From Eukaryota sp. GEM-RC1 (Eukaryota): a DNA stretch of 64,000 nt. Below, piece after piece: positions 48,259 through 60,068 of this stretch. The stretch is from the NCBI GenBank assembly GCA_040285855.1, contig JAUFOQ010000006.1, forward strand, positions 124,001 to 188,000, in the 5' to 3' direction. The notes under the pieces are model-generated. The model was not told where the DNA came from. It saw only the letters and a program-made list of their open reading frames with translations, and made no database searches. Every line of letters begins with the position of its first letter. Within the stretch, counting starts at the first letter, position 1. Both the position numbers and the translations under genes were made by a program.

Positions 48259-49240
48259 ATGTTAGACTTTGCACTTCTTGACATGTTGGTCTCTGGACCT
48301 TATGAGAATCCACAAACTAAACCTACTCCTATAGTACCACCCTCAGAATCAGAATCTTCCACACAAAACGTTAGTCCATTTTCTCCTCCACATCTTAAAC
48401 GTAGACATTCTGAACGCAATGGACGTTCTCAATCCCCACAAAGCGAGCAGCATCGTTCTTCAAGGGAAAAGTTCCGTTACTCTCAATCCTCCCCTTATTA
48501 CTCTCGCAGATCCCCTGTCCGTCATCGTAGCAGCACTCCCTCCTCTATCACGTGACAGAGGTTCACGTGATAGTTTTTCAGAACTCCGTCGTCGTGTCGT
48601 TCGCTTGGCTGAAGACGCTGCCAGAAAAGAACTTCTCACTCGTAGGAAAGAGGAAGAACTCAAAACAAGGGAAAGAAAGTCTGTCCTAGTCAATCGTCTT
48701 CATCCCAAAGTAACTGAATCGGATCTCTACAGGTACTTCAATGAAAAAGTAGGAAACGTTCTCTCAGTTAAGCTCATTCGTGATAGAAACGGTAAGTCTA
48801 AAGGTTTAGGCTATGTAGAGTTTCCTGATGAAGATTTTGTGCTCAAAGCTGTACTGTTAAATGGAGCTCTTTTCAGAGGTCACCCTGTCTCAATAACGGA
48901 GAGTATGGCTGAGAAGAATCAACAAGCAGAAGAATTGGCACAGCAGTTAAAGGCGTATGATGAGGCTCCTTCGTCTATTTTTGTTGACAAGATTCCTAAA
49001 GAACTTGATCAACAACAGGTGAATGAGTTGTTTGAACCGTTTGGACCAGTTACTGAGGTAAAATTGGGTGTTGTTAGTACAAATGAATGCCGTAGGTGTA
49101 ATTCAGCTTGGATTTATTTTAATTCTCCACAACCAGCTGCAAGAGCTTTTAATACGATGAATGGATTTAAAGTTTTCAGCAGTAGGTTAACGGTTAGTTA
49201 TAAAGGAGAAGAAGTCCAGAGTTTGAGAGGTGTTGGGTGA
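48259..49240 (+). CDS. RBM39/RBM23 (CAPER)-like RS-RRM splicing factor
   Basis: LLDMLVSGPY N-terminal motif, RS-rich region, RRM with KSKGLGYVEF, second RRM; frameshift at ~48540. Confidence 0.75.
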
Positions 49241-50007
49241 ATGATTTTGGTGAAGTTAATGACCAGTGCGTGTCAAGTTACAATAACATTTTCAATTTTG
49301 TATGTATTGTTTATTTATTTTGTATGAATAGTTAGGAAATACACTTTTTGTATCTTATTTAAGTCTTACACTCGAAATGAATGTTGTTTTTGTATTTTTT
49401 AGTGAAGTCGTATTTGTCCAATCAAAATGACCCCTTATTTCAAAATAGTATCGTTGTTTTTGTTTTTAGCGTTTGTCTATTCCCAGCTATAAATGTAAGA
49501 ATTTGAGTATCAGTTTTGTCCTTGTTTAAGTTTGCGAAGTATTCTAAATATTCTAAGTTGAATTGTAGAAAAGAAACTAAAACAACTACCAAACTGAATT
49601 CCTTCTGAGTTAATCACACTTTTAGATTATTTAATCTATCTTTAAGTCATCAGTCGAATTCCATTGATGAATACTATTCTACGATTTAACGTCTCATTGC
49701 AACTCTTATGGGTGAAGTACAGTGGACACTATTGTAGAGGTATGTATCACAAAGAGTCGTTGTAAAGAATCCAACAATATACTAATACTCAAGGACAAGA
49801 CTGAAATCAATGGAAAAAGGTAGCATTTCGAGATCTCTCATTACACAACTAAGAAATTGGTTTCCGAAATGTCGAAGAACTTCTTGTGATGTTAAATGAA
49901 ATTACATGTATTACACTTCAACTTGAAGCATAAGAAAGACAGAAATTGGAATAAATTGATTTTATCCTAGACATTCAATAAACGAATCTAGAACAAAGGG
50001 GCAAAAT

Positions 50008-51168
50008 TTAATTTTTACAAAAATTGTGAAATTTTAAGATATCAACCCAATGAGGACTTTCTAGAATTTTGAGCACACCTGATAAAATGATAGCACACAT
50101 ACTAATCAAAATCATAGTCCCTAGCAAAAACGTGATCAAATATACTTTCCCAGACTTTTGCAAATATTTCGAAAGAAAATTCAACCCAATAAATGCCGCC
50201 AAAAACACATTGGCATAAAAGTAAACGCCACTTCATACTCAAAATGTCCAAACAATGCATACTGTATGAAAGAAGAAGATGAAGAAAAAACAATGATAAA
50301 GATTGAAGCTGACCTTGACTCGAGAATCGAATACCCATATCCAAGAAGTGCAGGCTGTAGTACCATTGCTCCTCCTATGCCTAGAGAAGAAGCAATGAAC
50401 CCCGCAGTGATGGAAAGGAAAAAAAGTTTGACACACTTCGTTCTTGTCCATGATGGGCACGGTCTGGTGACTTTAAGAGAGAGAAATGAGAACAAGGAAG
50501 CAAGAGGAACTTGTCCAAGAGTCAGGATCCACCACATTGGAGAGCATATGGATATTCCAAGTGGAGATGCAAACTCAATATTTCCTCTCAGAACTGTTAG
50601 TACCAGAACCAACGTCCACTCTCCAATGAAGTAGATGATGATACGGATAGGAATTGAGTTAGCTGTAGATGAGGTTTGCTGTTGGTCTTCTGGATCTTGG
50701 TTGAGGATGGCTGTTCGTTCGTTTGGTACTGAAAACTTTGCATCGGACAAATGCTTAATTCCCTTTTTGATAGTTTTTAAACCATTGAAGAAGAGCAGGA
50801 TTGAAAGGGCAAATGACGTGATCACTGGAGGCATATATGAGTTGATTAGGACACCAATTGTTGTTCCAGCTAACATGGGGGATACGATTAGTGTGTTAGA
50901 GCTAGAACACACCTTCAAGAAAGAAAGCCAGTGGTAATGTGTTTTTGCTTTGAGGCTGACGTCTGTCCGCAATAAAAGCCGCACACATTGTGGCGAAAAT
51001 TAACGCTTTAGACAACCCAAAAGCAGTATTAAAACTGGAATGGAGGACCAGAACTAAGATGGAAGAATACAAAGCCCCACCACCGATTCCGGATGATGCA
51101 GCTAGTAAGGAGCATACACAGATGAGAACTCCAGTGAGTATCCAACCCGTAAGGGAAATATCGGTCAT
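50008..51168 (-). CDS. TauE/SafE (TSUP) sulfite-exporter-family membrane protein
   Basis: Duplicated SGIGGG / LGIGGA motifs in two hydrophobic halves; pieces joined by an intron or frameshift at ~50900 and a T-run slip at ~50205. Confidence 0.8.
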
Positions 51169-51652
51169 TAGAAACTACTGTAGAACTGAATCAAAAAAAG
51201 GGCTCTTGGTTTTGACCTCTTTCGTTCATTCTAGATTAGATTGTTTAAGATGAATTCAATAACCCAATTCTCTTGCTGAAACAGTACTTCTGAATGACAA
51301 ACTTTGATTTCTAGAGCTGGACAAGATTGCTGCTTGTGATTTGCGTTTTCACATTTTCAACAGTGTGTCTTGCGGTGGAATTAATGTAAACTTGTATACA
51401 TGATGTAATTCTTCACAGTTCTTTGTTGTTTTGCCATTTTGTTACTGACAGTTTATTTGAACAATTGACGATTAATATTAGTATTCGATCTTATGAACTA
51501 CAATAGATCGTAAGATTATAGCTATCAATATGTAGGTCGATTAAAGGTAATTTGTGTTAGGAGTTAATATTTGAGGTCTTCTTTCTGCGAGATGGGCAAA
51601 AGTTTTTGAAACAACTTTCTTTACATACACCACCAGATCCTAATCTGCTCCA

Positions 51653-51868
51653 ATGTCCTTCTTCTCAATATCAGACATCCTTCTCTTCTTCACACTAATG
51701 ATCAATGCCGTCGCTGTTTTTGATCTACCTGCCCTCAAGAAGAGGAAACACTCATTAGACTTCTCTTCTTCAACAGGTTCCGTAGTCCGGTTCTTCCAGT
51801 CTTTTTACTCGCTGCGACTGTTTCTTGTTCCTTGGAATGCTTTCATGGCTGTTCTTATTATAATATAG
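51653..51868 (+). CDS. SMIM7: Small integral membrane protein 7-like
   Basis: ISDILLFFTLMINAVAV..FFQS..LRLFLVPWNAFM matches the SMIM7 pattern (DILLFGTLLMNAGAV..RIFIALWNIFM). Confidence 0.7.
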   Translation: MSFFSISDILLFFTLMINAVAVFDLPALKKRKHSLDFSSSTGSVVRFFQSFYSLRLFLVPWNAFMAVLIII

Positions 51869-52000
51869 TGTGAATAAATAGCTTTCCATGTGAACAGCCA
51901 CATGTGTACATCTACATCGATAGTTCACAACTACATGTCTTGATAAATACAAGATCTTCACTCACTTAGAGATATCCTAATTGTCACTTTTTCTTCGTAA

Positions 52001-53527
52001 ATGCCTATTATTGGTGAGGTACTCGGTCACTGCCATTTCCGATGTTTACTCAAACTCAGAATGGTCTCAAGACATCTTAGTGATGAAGTTCATGGAATTT
52101 TTTCCAATCTTGAGTTCATTGATTTCTCACTTCAAAAACTCAGTCATCTTCTTGTTCCTAATGTACTTCGTCTTTTACCCAATTTAAAGTCAATAGAACT
52201 TGGTCTTGAACCTTTTTCATTCTTCCATTCTCAACAACGCTCATTCAGCAAGCCTGACTGTAGCTATCCCTATCTGGCAAACACCCCTACCAAATGTCAG
52301 TACTATGATACTGATCTTGACATCAGTGAGCTGTATGACGTCATTAAATCTGTCGAAGCTGACCCTCATATCCTCAATACGTTAATTGGAACCCCAAAGA
52401 AGCTTTTGCGTGATACTGTTCGATATCCCGTTCATTCTCCTTCTTTTGCATGTACTAGATTATTTCTTAATATACCTAGCACACAACATTCTCTTGTTCT
52501 CCCTCTTCTGGAGTTAACTCCAAATGTTCGAGAACTTTACCTGTCTGGGGGAGTTCTGAAAGAAGCTTCAGCTTTCAAGTCGTTGTTGGAAAGCATCTCC
52601 AATGTTGCTATAACCAAATTAGCCTTCCTGGAGCCCATTGCTGCTATGAATGCCTACGAACTGAAGCTGTTAGAAGATCTTCGCATCACGTCCCTTCAAG
52701 TAGCATGTCGTGACATTGTTCTTGAAGATAGCCTTCTTTCTCACAATCTAATCAATGGCCTCTTTGAAGTTTCTCTTGGAAATCCCAGTTCTCGCCTTGT
52801 TGAGCGTCTTCCCCGCAACGTATTCAAAATAAACATCTCCGGGGTTAGAGATGGTATTGTCAAGGAGTTTCCCCGAGCTTCCCAAGTCTTCCTTGGACTT
52901 TCTCCTGACCATACCATCAAGTCCTTGCCTGCTGCCAACTGGGATACACTTGTACTTGCCAGCGATCCCTCTGAACCGTGTCCTCTTCCTTTTCTCTCAA
53001 CCCTACCTTCCTCTCTATGCCATCTCACTCTCGCTGACGTTGAGATCCTTGATCACAGTTTGTTTCAGATCACTGACTCCTGTCCCAATCTAACTTTCCT
53101 CGCTCTTCGTCCTCATCTCAATCACACATCCTTTCTCTCTGGTCTCATTGCCTGCCTCTCTTCAATGACTAGATTACGAGTCATTGATCTTTCAAACTGC
53201 AACCTCTCTCAAACTGTCGTAAGAGGACATCCATATCCTTCCAGAGAACTTGTCCGTCTGTCAGAGATCTTCTTATCTAAATGTACTTATGCTCACGGCT
53301 TCTTGGAGCTAGTCATTCCTGTAACCTATGGCTTATTGGAGTTGGAGATTCGAAACTGTGAGGAAACGATGCTGTCTGGGACCCTTGCGCAGTTGTTGTT
53401 GAATCAACCCCTTGTTAGATTTGTTGGGATTGAGATTAAGAGCGGTATTGGTTTAGATTGCAATCTATTTGAAGAAGAAATGGCAAGGCAATGCGAGTCT
53501 ATGTTTATTGCTTGGAATGGGTGGTAG
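52001..53527 (+). CDS. F-box/LRR protein
   Basis: F-box-like N-terminus (PIIGEVLGHC..LLKLRMVSR), then LRRs (PNLKSIEL, PNVRELYLS, CPNLTFLAL, LRVIDLSNC); start may be slightly upstream. Confidence 0.7.
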   Translation: MPIIGEVLGHCHFRCLLKLRMVSRHLSDEVHGIFSNLEFIDFSLQKLSHLLVPNVLRLLPNLKSIELGLEPFSFFHSQQRSFSKPDCSYPYLANTPTKCQYYDTDLDISELYDVIKSVEADPHILNTLIGTPKKLLRDTVRYPVHSPSFACTRLFLNIPSTQHSLVLPLLELTPNVRELYLSGGVLKEASAFKSLLESISNVAITKLAFLEPIAAMNAYELKLLEDLRITSLQVACRDIVLEDSLLSHNLINGLFEVSLGNPSSRLVERLPRNVFKINISGVRDGIVKEFPRASQVFLGLSPDHTIKSLPAANWDTLVLASDPSEPCPLPFLSTLPSSLCHLTLADVEILDHSLFQITDSCPNLTFLALRPHLNHTSFLSGLIACLSSMTRLRVIDLSNCNLSQTVVRGHPYPSRELVRLSEIFLSKCTYAHGFLELVIPVTYGLLELEIRNCEETMLSGTLAQLLLNQPLVRFVGIEIKSGIGLDCNLFEEEMARQCESMFIAWNGW

Positions 53528-53810
53528 TTATATCAGTAGAATAGACAACTTTGTTATCAGAATAGTGATGGTATGAGTAAAGATATCTTTTTGATTACGA
53601 TATATAATACTATTGTCTTTCACTCTTTTGATGTATCATAGCATCGTAGTTTTGGTTGTTGACAGCAAACTTGATGTACAAAACTGGTTTTTAAATCTTT
53701 TGCGAAGAAATGCACTGTGGATGATGGTTGATACAGGACCTCGACAATGTATTTTGTCGTTGTTTGCTATAATTCGATGCAACTGTGAACATATTATGAT
53801 CAATAGAAAG

Positions 53811-53863
53811 TTCTTCTGCAAATGCATTTATTTCACCGATTGATCATAAACCCCGTATTTTTT
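53811..53863 (+). repeat. ~50-bp dispersed repeat, copy 2, with 8-bp flanking direct repeat
   Basis: ttcttctgcaaatgcatttatttcaccgattgatcataaaccccgtatttttt flanked by ATAGAAAG at 53803-53810 and 53864-53871. Confidence 0.85.
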
Positions 53864-54271
53864 ATAGAAAGAAAGACAATACACAAAAGGAAACCCTTGA
53901 AGTATTGATTGTTCCAAAGGCTAATCAAGGCCATCGATCATTGATGTTGACGTGAAAAATTCTGTTCATATTCAAAAATGATGTGCAGAACACAAGGATT
54001 ACTGTTTTACATACCGTGTATGCTAAAAAATCCAAAATTCTTTTTCTAGTACTACATGTAGTATGTGTAGGAAAAAAACGGATTTGAGAAAAACACTCAA
54101 CAAAAATAAGTGTGTTGAAACAAATATTAATAACGCTCAATTTCGAAACAACATTAGACTCAGAAGATGAAGAATGTGGAGTATTGGTCATTTATTGATA
54201 AGAAACGAAGAATAAATGGGGGAAATAGAATGGTGTACTGTATCACCAAACTATGGAATGAAATCACCTCA

Positions 54272-55495
54272 ATGACTGGACCAGAAACCCAAATCTGTCC
54301 AATCCATCATGGAGAGCTGACTTCGCCTGTAATGTTGCCTTGTCATCATTCCTTCTGTCTTTCATGTATATCTTCTTTTCTTGATGATAAAACAAATTGT
54401 CCTGTTTGTGATCTTAGCATTCCCAACAATTACCAGGTGAAGCTAAAAGAGTTTCTCACACAACTCTCACATCCAAAAGTTATCTCGGGATCTGATATTC
54501 ACTACCAACAACTTGTGTCATCCACACCTTCACGTGAACTTGTCTCGGGAACTTTCCGTCAATACTCCATTACTTGGTTCAAATACACCCAGCTTGAGAA
54601 TAATACTGATGTACAGAAAGAAGCCTATCAGCAATATCACGTCATTAAAAGCCTGAATTTTTCTGATAAGCTGATCCGAATTTTTGGTGTAACTGAAAAA
54701 CCCACTGGAATCGTTTGTGAAGATCTTTCAGTCACTATTCAAGATCTATTGGACAAACGAAGGAGGTTATCTCTAGATGAAATCTCAACCATCGCGCAAG
54801 ATATTCTTACTGGATTGTCTGAACTTCATGGCAAGAGCTTTGTCTCTGATGAATTCTGTGCTAAAAGTGTCTTGCTTCAAGTTAAACATCACAGAATAAG
54901 TAGAGTAAAACTGTTTCCTTTTCGTAATGGCCCTTATTCAGCAACAAATGAAACAGTCAAAACGTTGGAATCAGTGGCATATAATCCACCTGAAGTTCTA
55001 CTTGGTCTTACTGAGAAACGTACACCGGCAGGAGATGTCTTCTCTTTTGGTGTGCTTCTTTGGTGTTTGATATCGAACAATGATCCTTCACTTGTACGCG
55101 AGTCACTCGAAGCTATTCAATCAGATAGAATGAAGGCTAAGGGAGCTGCACTAATCGATCTAACTGGTATTCCAATGAAGTTTAAAGGTTTCATTCAAGT
55201 TTCAACTTCCGTTAACCCTGATGATAGACCAACTGCCGCTCTTCTTTTGAACATTCTGAGATCTTGTTTCAGCGATTATGATGGTGATGATGTAGTTGTT
55301 GAGATTGGTACGGAACCTGTTGTTAGTTCTCCTGTTGTCAGTACGCCTGTTGTCAGTGCTCCTGTCAGAGAGGAAAATACCACTGGTAGTCGTGAACAGG
55401 ATCCAGGCCAACAATGCTTACAAATGATGTTGTTTATGTTCGTGTTTTTTTTAATTTTCTTTACGTTTTATACAGCCTCTCAAAGGGATCAATAA
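54272..55495 (+). CDS. RING finger-pseudokinase with C-terminal transmembrane anchor
   Basis: RING CPIH..PCHHSFCLSC..CPVC; kinase C-lobe AYNPPE, DVFSFG, RPTA but no GxGxxG, HRD or DFG; hydrophobic tail MMLFMFVFFLIFFTFY. Confidence 0.8.
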   Translation: MTGPETQICPIHHGELTSPVMLPCHHSFCLSCISSFLDDKTNCPVCDLSIPNNYQVKLKEFLTQLSHPKVISGSDIHYQQLVSSTPSRELVSGTFRQYSITWFKYTQLENNTDVQKEAYQQYHVIKSLNFSDKLIRIFGVTEKPTGIVCEDLSVTIQDLLDKRRRLSLDEISTIAQDILTGLSELHGKSFVSDEFCAKSVLLQVKHHRISRVKLFPFRNGPYSATNETVKTLESVAYNPPEVLLGLTEKRTPAGDVFSFGVLLWCLISNNDPSLVRESLEAIQSDRMKAKGAALIDLTGIPMKFKGFIQVSTSVNPDDRPTAALLLNILRSCFSDYDGDDVVVEIGTEPVVSSPVVSTPVVSAPVREENTTGSREQDPGQQCLQMMLFMFVFFLIFFTFYTASQRDQ

Positions 55496-55673
55496 TTCGA
55501 ATTTTAAATAAATTAAACTGCAGTATTTTTTCCAGTGTTGTCAAGTGCACATTTTTTCCAAATGAAATGCGTCAAATTTTTGACTCAAAATGCGCCATTT
55601 CTGCGTATTTTGACGCATTTTGATTTCGGAGTTGAGACACCATATATATAAATCGTTTCCGTCATACTGTACT

Positions 55674-55722
55674 AAAAAACGGGGTTTATGATCAATCAAT
55701 GAAATAAATGCATTTGCAGAAG
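55674..55722 (-). repeat. ~50-bp dispersed repeat, copy 3
   Basis: Reverse complement reads cttctgcaaatgcatttatttcattgattgatcataaaccccgtttttt. Confidence 0.9.
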
Positions 55723-56293
55723 TGATACTTGATAGATCTATATCGGTGCCCGTTTTCCATGATGTTCTTTGAGTTTCAATGATTATTACAATGTAGTATT
55801 TTTTAAATTTGTCCAACGAAAGAGGTACTGCAATACACTGTCGTGAGTTCAACGTCATTGCCAATGATTCATTGGTATCATATTTAGAGACTTATCGTAG
55901 GTGTCCAAATACAAACAAATGTACAAATGTGGACTTAGAAATGCTATTATTTGATTTCACATCCAGTCTTTTACTGTCGTTCATCAGCTGATGTAGACGT
56001 ATGTGTTTGTGGTTCTACTTTTCAGCCTATTTGTGGTACTAGAAGTAATTAAGAAGAAAACTGTAGTGTAATGAAACTACTGTCCTGCGCCAACGTGGTT
56101 ATGTGGTAAACTTCTGTATCTTTGACGGATTTAGGCTTTGTCAATTTTCAGAGGACAATAACAGATCAAACTGGAACAAAATACCGTTAGAAACGGAAGT
56201 GTACTGCTCCAACTGAGTTTGAATTACCGTTCATCGTTGGATCAATAGATGACATTATTGAAGAACAGAGTTATTTTTAAAAATCCTCTCCCA

Positions 56294-58528
56294 ATGCCTC
56301 TTCTGGGTCTTTTTTCCAAGAAACTTGTTCGAGAGGATGTCCTCACTGACGTTTCCGTGTTTCACTACATCAACAATGTACAGAAAGCGTTGACTTTGGA
56401 ATCCAAGGTTTCCATCATATTCTCCTCTGACTACAACCACTTCTTCTCCGTTGAACTTACTAGCGAAGATGAACTCTTCAACAACCAGGATGACCCTGAC
56501 AGTTGCCCTAAATTCTTTGCAATCTATCCATCTTCTATTTCCTATCCAGAACTCCTAGTAGATGACGAGGATGATGACGTTACCATACGCTTCATTGGTA
56601 AGATAAAGTACCCAACCAAGTCCTTTGCTCCAGTTCCTGTCTGTCTCACAGTTGCCTCTTCTGCTGCTTCTGTACAACCTTTTTACCGTTTAGCAGTCTC
56701 TATGTTTTGGTCCATGACTAACAAACAACCAAACACTCTGGCCCCCGTTTCTGACATTATCACTTCCCTACACACCCCCTCCCAACCACAACCTCCACGA
56801 GCTTCTCCTTCTCATCAAACCCCCTCAGTACCTTCTCCTCAAGTTTCTCATCCACAAACTTCTCTCCAACAATCCACAATTAAACCAAAACCTCCTGTTG
56901 AAGTCAAGCTACCTCCACTTCCAGAAGACCCTCTTCAGGGAAAATGCATTGGTAGTGAGAAGGTCCAGTTCTTACGGTGGGATCTCGACTCTAGTTCCTT
57001 TGTAGAAGTCTATTCCGGAATCTTTTGCCAGTTTAAACTACTAGAACAACCAGATTTCAACTATAACCTTGTACTTACTAAGCAAGACCTCCCCGTTCTA
57101 GCTTTCCCCATCACTTCCGCTCTCAAGTTCCAGACAGATCCTTCAAATGAGTCAATGTTGAAGTTTGCTGCTGGAGAAGAAGAGTTTGCTACACTGTTTG
57201 CTCTGGTGTTTACTGATTCTGATACATGTTGGGAAATCCAAGGTCAAATAGCTGAGCTCACACTCAAAACTGATAGAAAGACAACTCAGATTGCTGATTT
57301 AGAGTGGATGGTGAACTCAATGGTTTTGAGAACTCCCATGACTTCTGGAAATGATGACGAGGACCGACTGGGAGAAGCAATGGAAGAGGCAAGTCTCGTG
57401 GTTGATGAAAGTGATGACGATGAGGGTCGTCAATCGTCAATCAAATCAGGAATCGATCACGATGTTTTCTACACTCCACAGCCTCTACGTAACAACGCCT
57501 TCCTCGCTGGTACTACCAGTGGCAGAAACTTTCTACTACGTGATGGTGACGTGTCAGTTGTTCCTTTTAATCCTGACGGTACTGATTTTGACCTATCTTC
57601 TTCTACTTCAGTTGTTCCTCAGTACAAGGGAGAGATTCTAACACCAAGTAGAGGAATGTTGAGGCAAAGAGATGGAACTATGCTTTTGATGGACGACAGT
57701 AAGCCAAACAGTGTTTTCTCTATGGATTTGGAGAGAGGAGAGGTCGTATCAGAGTTTACAGCCAAGGTGAATGACGTTGACATGAAGATTGGTCAAGTAA
57801 CTCCAATGAAGAAGTTCTCTCAATTCACTGATGATCAGACATTTGGAGGTCTCAACTCTACAAGAACGTTGGTTTGGGATCCAAGAGAAGGAAAGAACGC
57901 CGTTAGAGGGATGGGATATCAGTATGGATACTCTACTAAACCTCAGTTGTCTTGTATGGCCACTACTAGCGACGGACAGGTGGTAGTAGGATCAAAGAAG
58001 GGTGAAATTAGGTTGTTTAGTGGTCTGGAAAACAAACGAGCCAAAACTTCCATTCCTGGATGGGGTAAGGCAATCATTGCAATCGACACGTCATCTGACG
58101 GTCATTATGTGCTGGTAACGTGCGAGGATTATCTTATGTTGATTGACACTCAGTTACCGGAAGGTGATACTGGATTTAACAAGAGAATGGGTAAGGATAA
58201 GCCATTGCCTATTAAGATTCAGTTAGACCCTGATGACGTGGCCAAGATGGGTGGAATCGTGAAGTTTACACCTGCCAAGTTTGACAAGAATGCTATCGGA
58301 GAACGTGTGATTTTGACCTCCACTAAGAGGTGGACAGTGACGTTTAATCTTCCAGCTATTTTACATTTAAGAAATGGTGGAAAGTTACCACAAGGGATTA
58401 AGCATTACAGTGTGATATCATTCAAAAATGAGGTTGTTGATGATTCGTTCATCAAGCAGAGTAACAGACAGTTTGGTGTTATGGGTGAGAAGAATTTAAA
58501 AATGTTTGAAAGGAAAACTAGGAAATAA
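56294..58528 (+). CDS. VID27: Vid27/CYPRO4-family protein
   Basis: MDLERGEVVSEF, WDPR, ATTSDGQVVVGSKKGEIRLF, AKTSIPGWG..IDTSSDGHYVLVTC, FTPAKF. Confidence 0.88.
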   Translation: MPLLGLFSKKLVREDVLTDVSVFHYINNVQKALTLESKVSIIFSSDYNHFFSVELTSEDELFNNQDDPDSCPKFFAIYPSSISYPELLVDDEDDDVTIRFIGKIKYPTKSFAPVPVCLTVASSAASVQPFYRLAVSMFWSMTNKQPNTLAPVSDIITSLHTPSQPQPPRASPSHQTPSVPSPQVSHPQTSLQQSTIKPKPPVEVKLPPLPEDPLQGKCIGSEKVQFLRWDLDSSSFVEVYSGIFCQFKLLEQPDFNYNLVLTKQDLPVLAFPITSALKFQTDPSNESMLKFAAGEEEFATLFALVFTDSDTCWEIQGQIAELTLKTDRKTTQIADLEWMVNSMVLRTPMTSGNDDEDRLGEAMEEASLVVDESDDDEGRQSSIKSGIDHDVFYTPQPLRNNAFLAGTTSGRNFLLRDGDVSVVPFNPDGTDFDLSSSTSVVPQYKGEILTPSRGMLRQRDGTMLLMDDSKPNSVFSMDLERGEVVSEFTAKVNDVDMKIGQVTPMKKFSQFTDDQTFGGLNSTRTLVWDPREGKNAVRGMGYQYGYSTKPQLSCMATTSDGQVVVGSKKGEIRLFSGLENKRAKTSIPGWGKAIIAIDTSSDGHYVLVTCEDYLMLIDTQLPEGDTGFNKRMGKDKPLPIKIQLDPDDVAKMGGIVKFTPAKFDKNAIGERVILTSTKRWTVTFNLPAILHLRNGGKLPQGIKHYSVISFKNEVVDDSFIKQSNRQFGVMGEKNLKMFERKTRK

Positions 58529-58574
58529 TAATAAAATTGTTGTATTTGACATCTTTTTAAACTACACTTTCTAC

Positions 58575-60068
58575 CATGGTTTTCAATTACTGGCCTCTTG
58601 TCTCAGGAACTCCTACAATTACGATTACTGTAGGAATTGCTGGAACTCTTAGAGTTACGATTACTGCAAAAGTGACTAAACCTAACCTATGTGAGTACCT
58701 CTGAAAATCTGTAGCACAAATTAAAGGTTTTCGTGTCTTACCCTCAGTCTGATAAGTCATCCACTTTCTTCAACAGCAAAATGGTTTAATGGTTTTTCCA
58801 ACTACAGTATGTTGATTTCTCTGTTACAGTGTATCTAATATGATGACAAATGGCTGCACAAGATGTTTCGATGTTTTTTCATTCAAAAACATATTTTATG
58901 ACGTGTCTGTTTCAAACAGTATTTTGTATTAACCAGTATCAGTTCAGTTGCAAAGGAACCGTAGGCGTAACCATCATAGTTGCAAAATACAAAAGACAGT
59001 ATTTTTTTGTATTCTGTATTTTTTCCTGGAAAAGTGTATTTGTATTTGTATTTTTTGTATTTATTTAGCAGCCGAAAATCCCTTTAATTGATGAAATTGA
59101 CTGAAGTCAATGAGAGCAACACTCGACAGCGGATCTTTCTGATCAATTGCTATATTGTTTGGTACAATTGGGTCATGTATTAGTTTAACAACTTGCAGAA
59201 GTACTAGTACAATTGTCTGCTGAATTTTCGAAACGTTCCAGTACAGTACGTCAACGGCGTATGCTAGGTGACTAAAAAGTGAAACACCGATCAAAGTCAA
59301 GTGACTAAAATTTAGAAACGCCCAACAATGTTCATTCCAAAGAATTGAAAAGTACCAAACCATGTGAAGTTGTGCAATCTAGTTTCACTACTGTCAGTCA
59401 GTGATGAAGACGATTCAAAACCCTGATGAGACGAGACGCTCAGATTGATCCTGTTTTGATGATGTATGTGTAGTCTTTGGAGACTATGATTTCGAGTTTA
59501 CACTTTGTTACCTACAAGCGATATATTAAGACGATTTACAACTAATGTACGAGACAAGAAGTGTCTAAAGTCACACTGTATAACTGTATAACTCCACGTC
59601 AGTTCTTTCCGTGGACCAAATGAACATTTGAACCCTCGGTGCATTTCAGAATCGAAATAACAATTGGGTTGATCAATGAAAAGAAGTCTAAGAATGTGTA
59701 CTGAAGAGGTGAACTATGATAACCCTGAAGATCAATCACGTTGGCAGTCGTTGGACTCAATACACTTGGTTTAATACTTGCGATTACAAGAAAATGAAAA
59801 ACAATTAATACAGTATTCTGTATTGTATTTGTATTCTGTATCTGTATTTTTTGTATTCTGTATTGTATTATTTTTTTGTCCGTGTATTTTGCAACTATGG
59901 TAACCATCACTTGATCCATTTTGTTAAGTTTTGCCCTGACTCCTGAGAAATGAACATTTTGTTTTGAGAATTCCTCGAATTCTAGTAATTCTGGTGTTAC
60001 AAAAATGATCTTCAGGAATTCCTAGAATGACGATTACTGAAAATTAGTACCAGTAATGGAAAACTATG
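58575..60068. mobile_element. Older non-autonomous hAT-type element hosting a nested insertion
   Basis: TIR catggttttcaattactgg / ccagtaatggaaaactatg (17/19); TSD ctttctac / ctttatac (7/8); acgattactg and aggaa subterminal repeats at both ends. Confidence 0.75.
58975..59899. mobile_element. Non-autonomous hAT-type element, 925 bp, nested
   Basis: Perfect 17-bp TIR catagttgcaaaataca; perfect TSD GTAACCAT (58967-58974, 59900-59907); TGTAT subterminal arrays. Confidence 0.92.

Noticed and set aside
1258..51168. Frequent frameshifts in conserved genes (TOP6B, PHD, DDX3, HECT, TFIIE-beta, RBM39, TauE) as programmed frameshifting, RNA editing or mass pseudogenisation
   Set aside because: Most breaks I traced fall in or beside homopolymer runs and are fixed by one base, the signature of long-read consensus error; no shared slippery motif was seen. 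Short-read polishing would settle it.
55560..55622. aaatgcgtcaaa..tttgacgcattt inverted repeat
   Set aside because: Short, single occurrence, no TSD; at most a MITE remnant.
58990..59880. TGTAT(T) arrays as microsatellite, telomeric or CRISPR-like repeats
   Set aside because: They are irregular subterminal repeats inside a TIR/TSD-bounded hAT element, with no repeat-spacer periodicity. No CRISPR array was seen in the window.
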